From a virus (lineage: Duplodnaviria; Caudoviricetes): a stretch of DNA of 29,844 nt. The position numbers and the translations under genes are program-made. Below the pieces are notes generated by a model. That model saw only the letters and a list, made by a program, of their open reading frames with translations. It searched no databases and was not told where the DNA came from. This document shows, one piece after another, positions 29,844-29,844 of this stretch (its first letter is position 1; each line of letters begins with the position of its first letter). The DNA lies in IMG/VR virus record IMGVR_UViG_3300027486_000020, positions 1 to 29,844 of that record; one strand, 5' to 3'.

Positions 29844-29844
29844 T

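Overview
A ~30-kb fragment of a tailed dsDNA phage (Caudoviricetes, podovirus-like gene content; a freshwater betaproteobacterial host is an inference only). Two arms converge near 16950. The + arm (1-16934) carries the end of a tail-associated gene, a cupin, a lysis cassette (T4 gpT-like holin, 3TM holin, M15 peptidase endolysin), tail adaptor/tail/hub genes and four internal-virion (ejection) genes. The last of these is a 1624-aa protein built as a string of unrelated domains (lytic transglycosylase, unknown, ADP-ribosyltransferase-like, unknown, HhH glycosylase-like, basic peptide) joined by repeated xxxGG linkers, three of which are also 54-nt DNA repeats. The - arm (16971-29844) is a replication/metabolism module: primase-helicase, VRR-NUC, HNH, SNF2 helicase, sigma-region-4-like protein, tRNA-Thr(UGU), small terminase-like gene, endonuclease VII, DUF2800 nuclease, DUF2815 SSB, class II RNR, DUF3310 and family A DNA polymerase. 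The best candidate for an undescribed system is the GG-linker cargo polyprotein. Other notable items are a shared ~40-bp putative phage promoter, a gene-32-like pseudoknot upstream of the SSB gene, and a three-way-junction RNA upstream of the endonuclease VII gene. All family assignments come from motif recognition by eye; no database searches were run.
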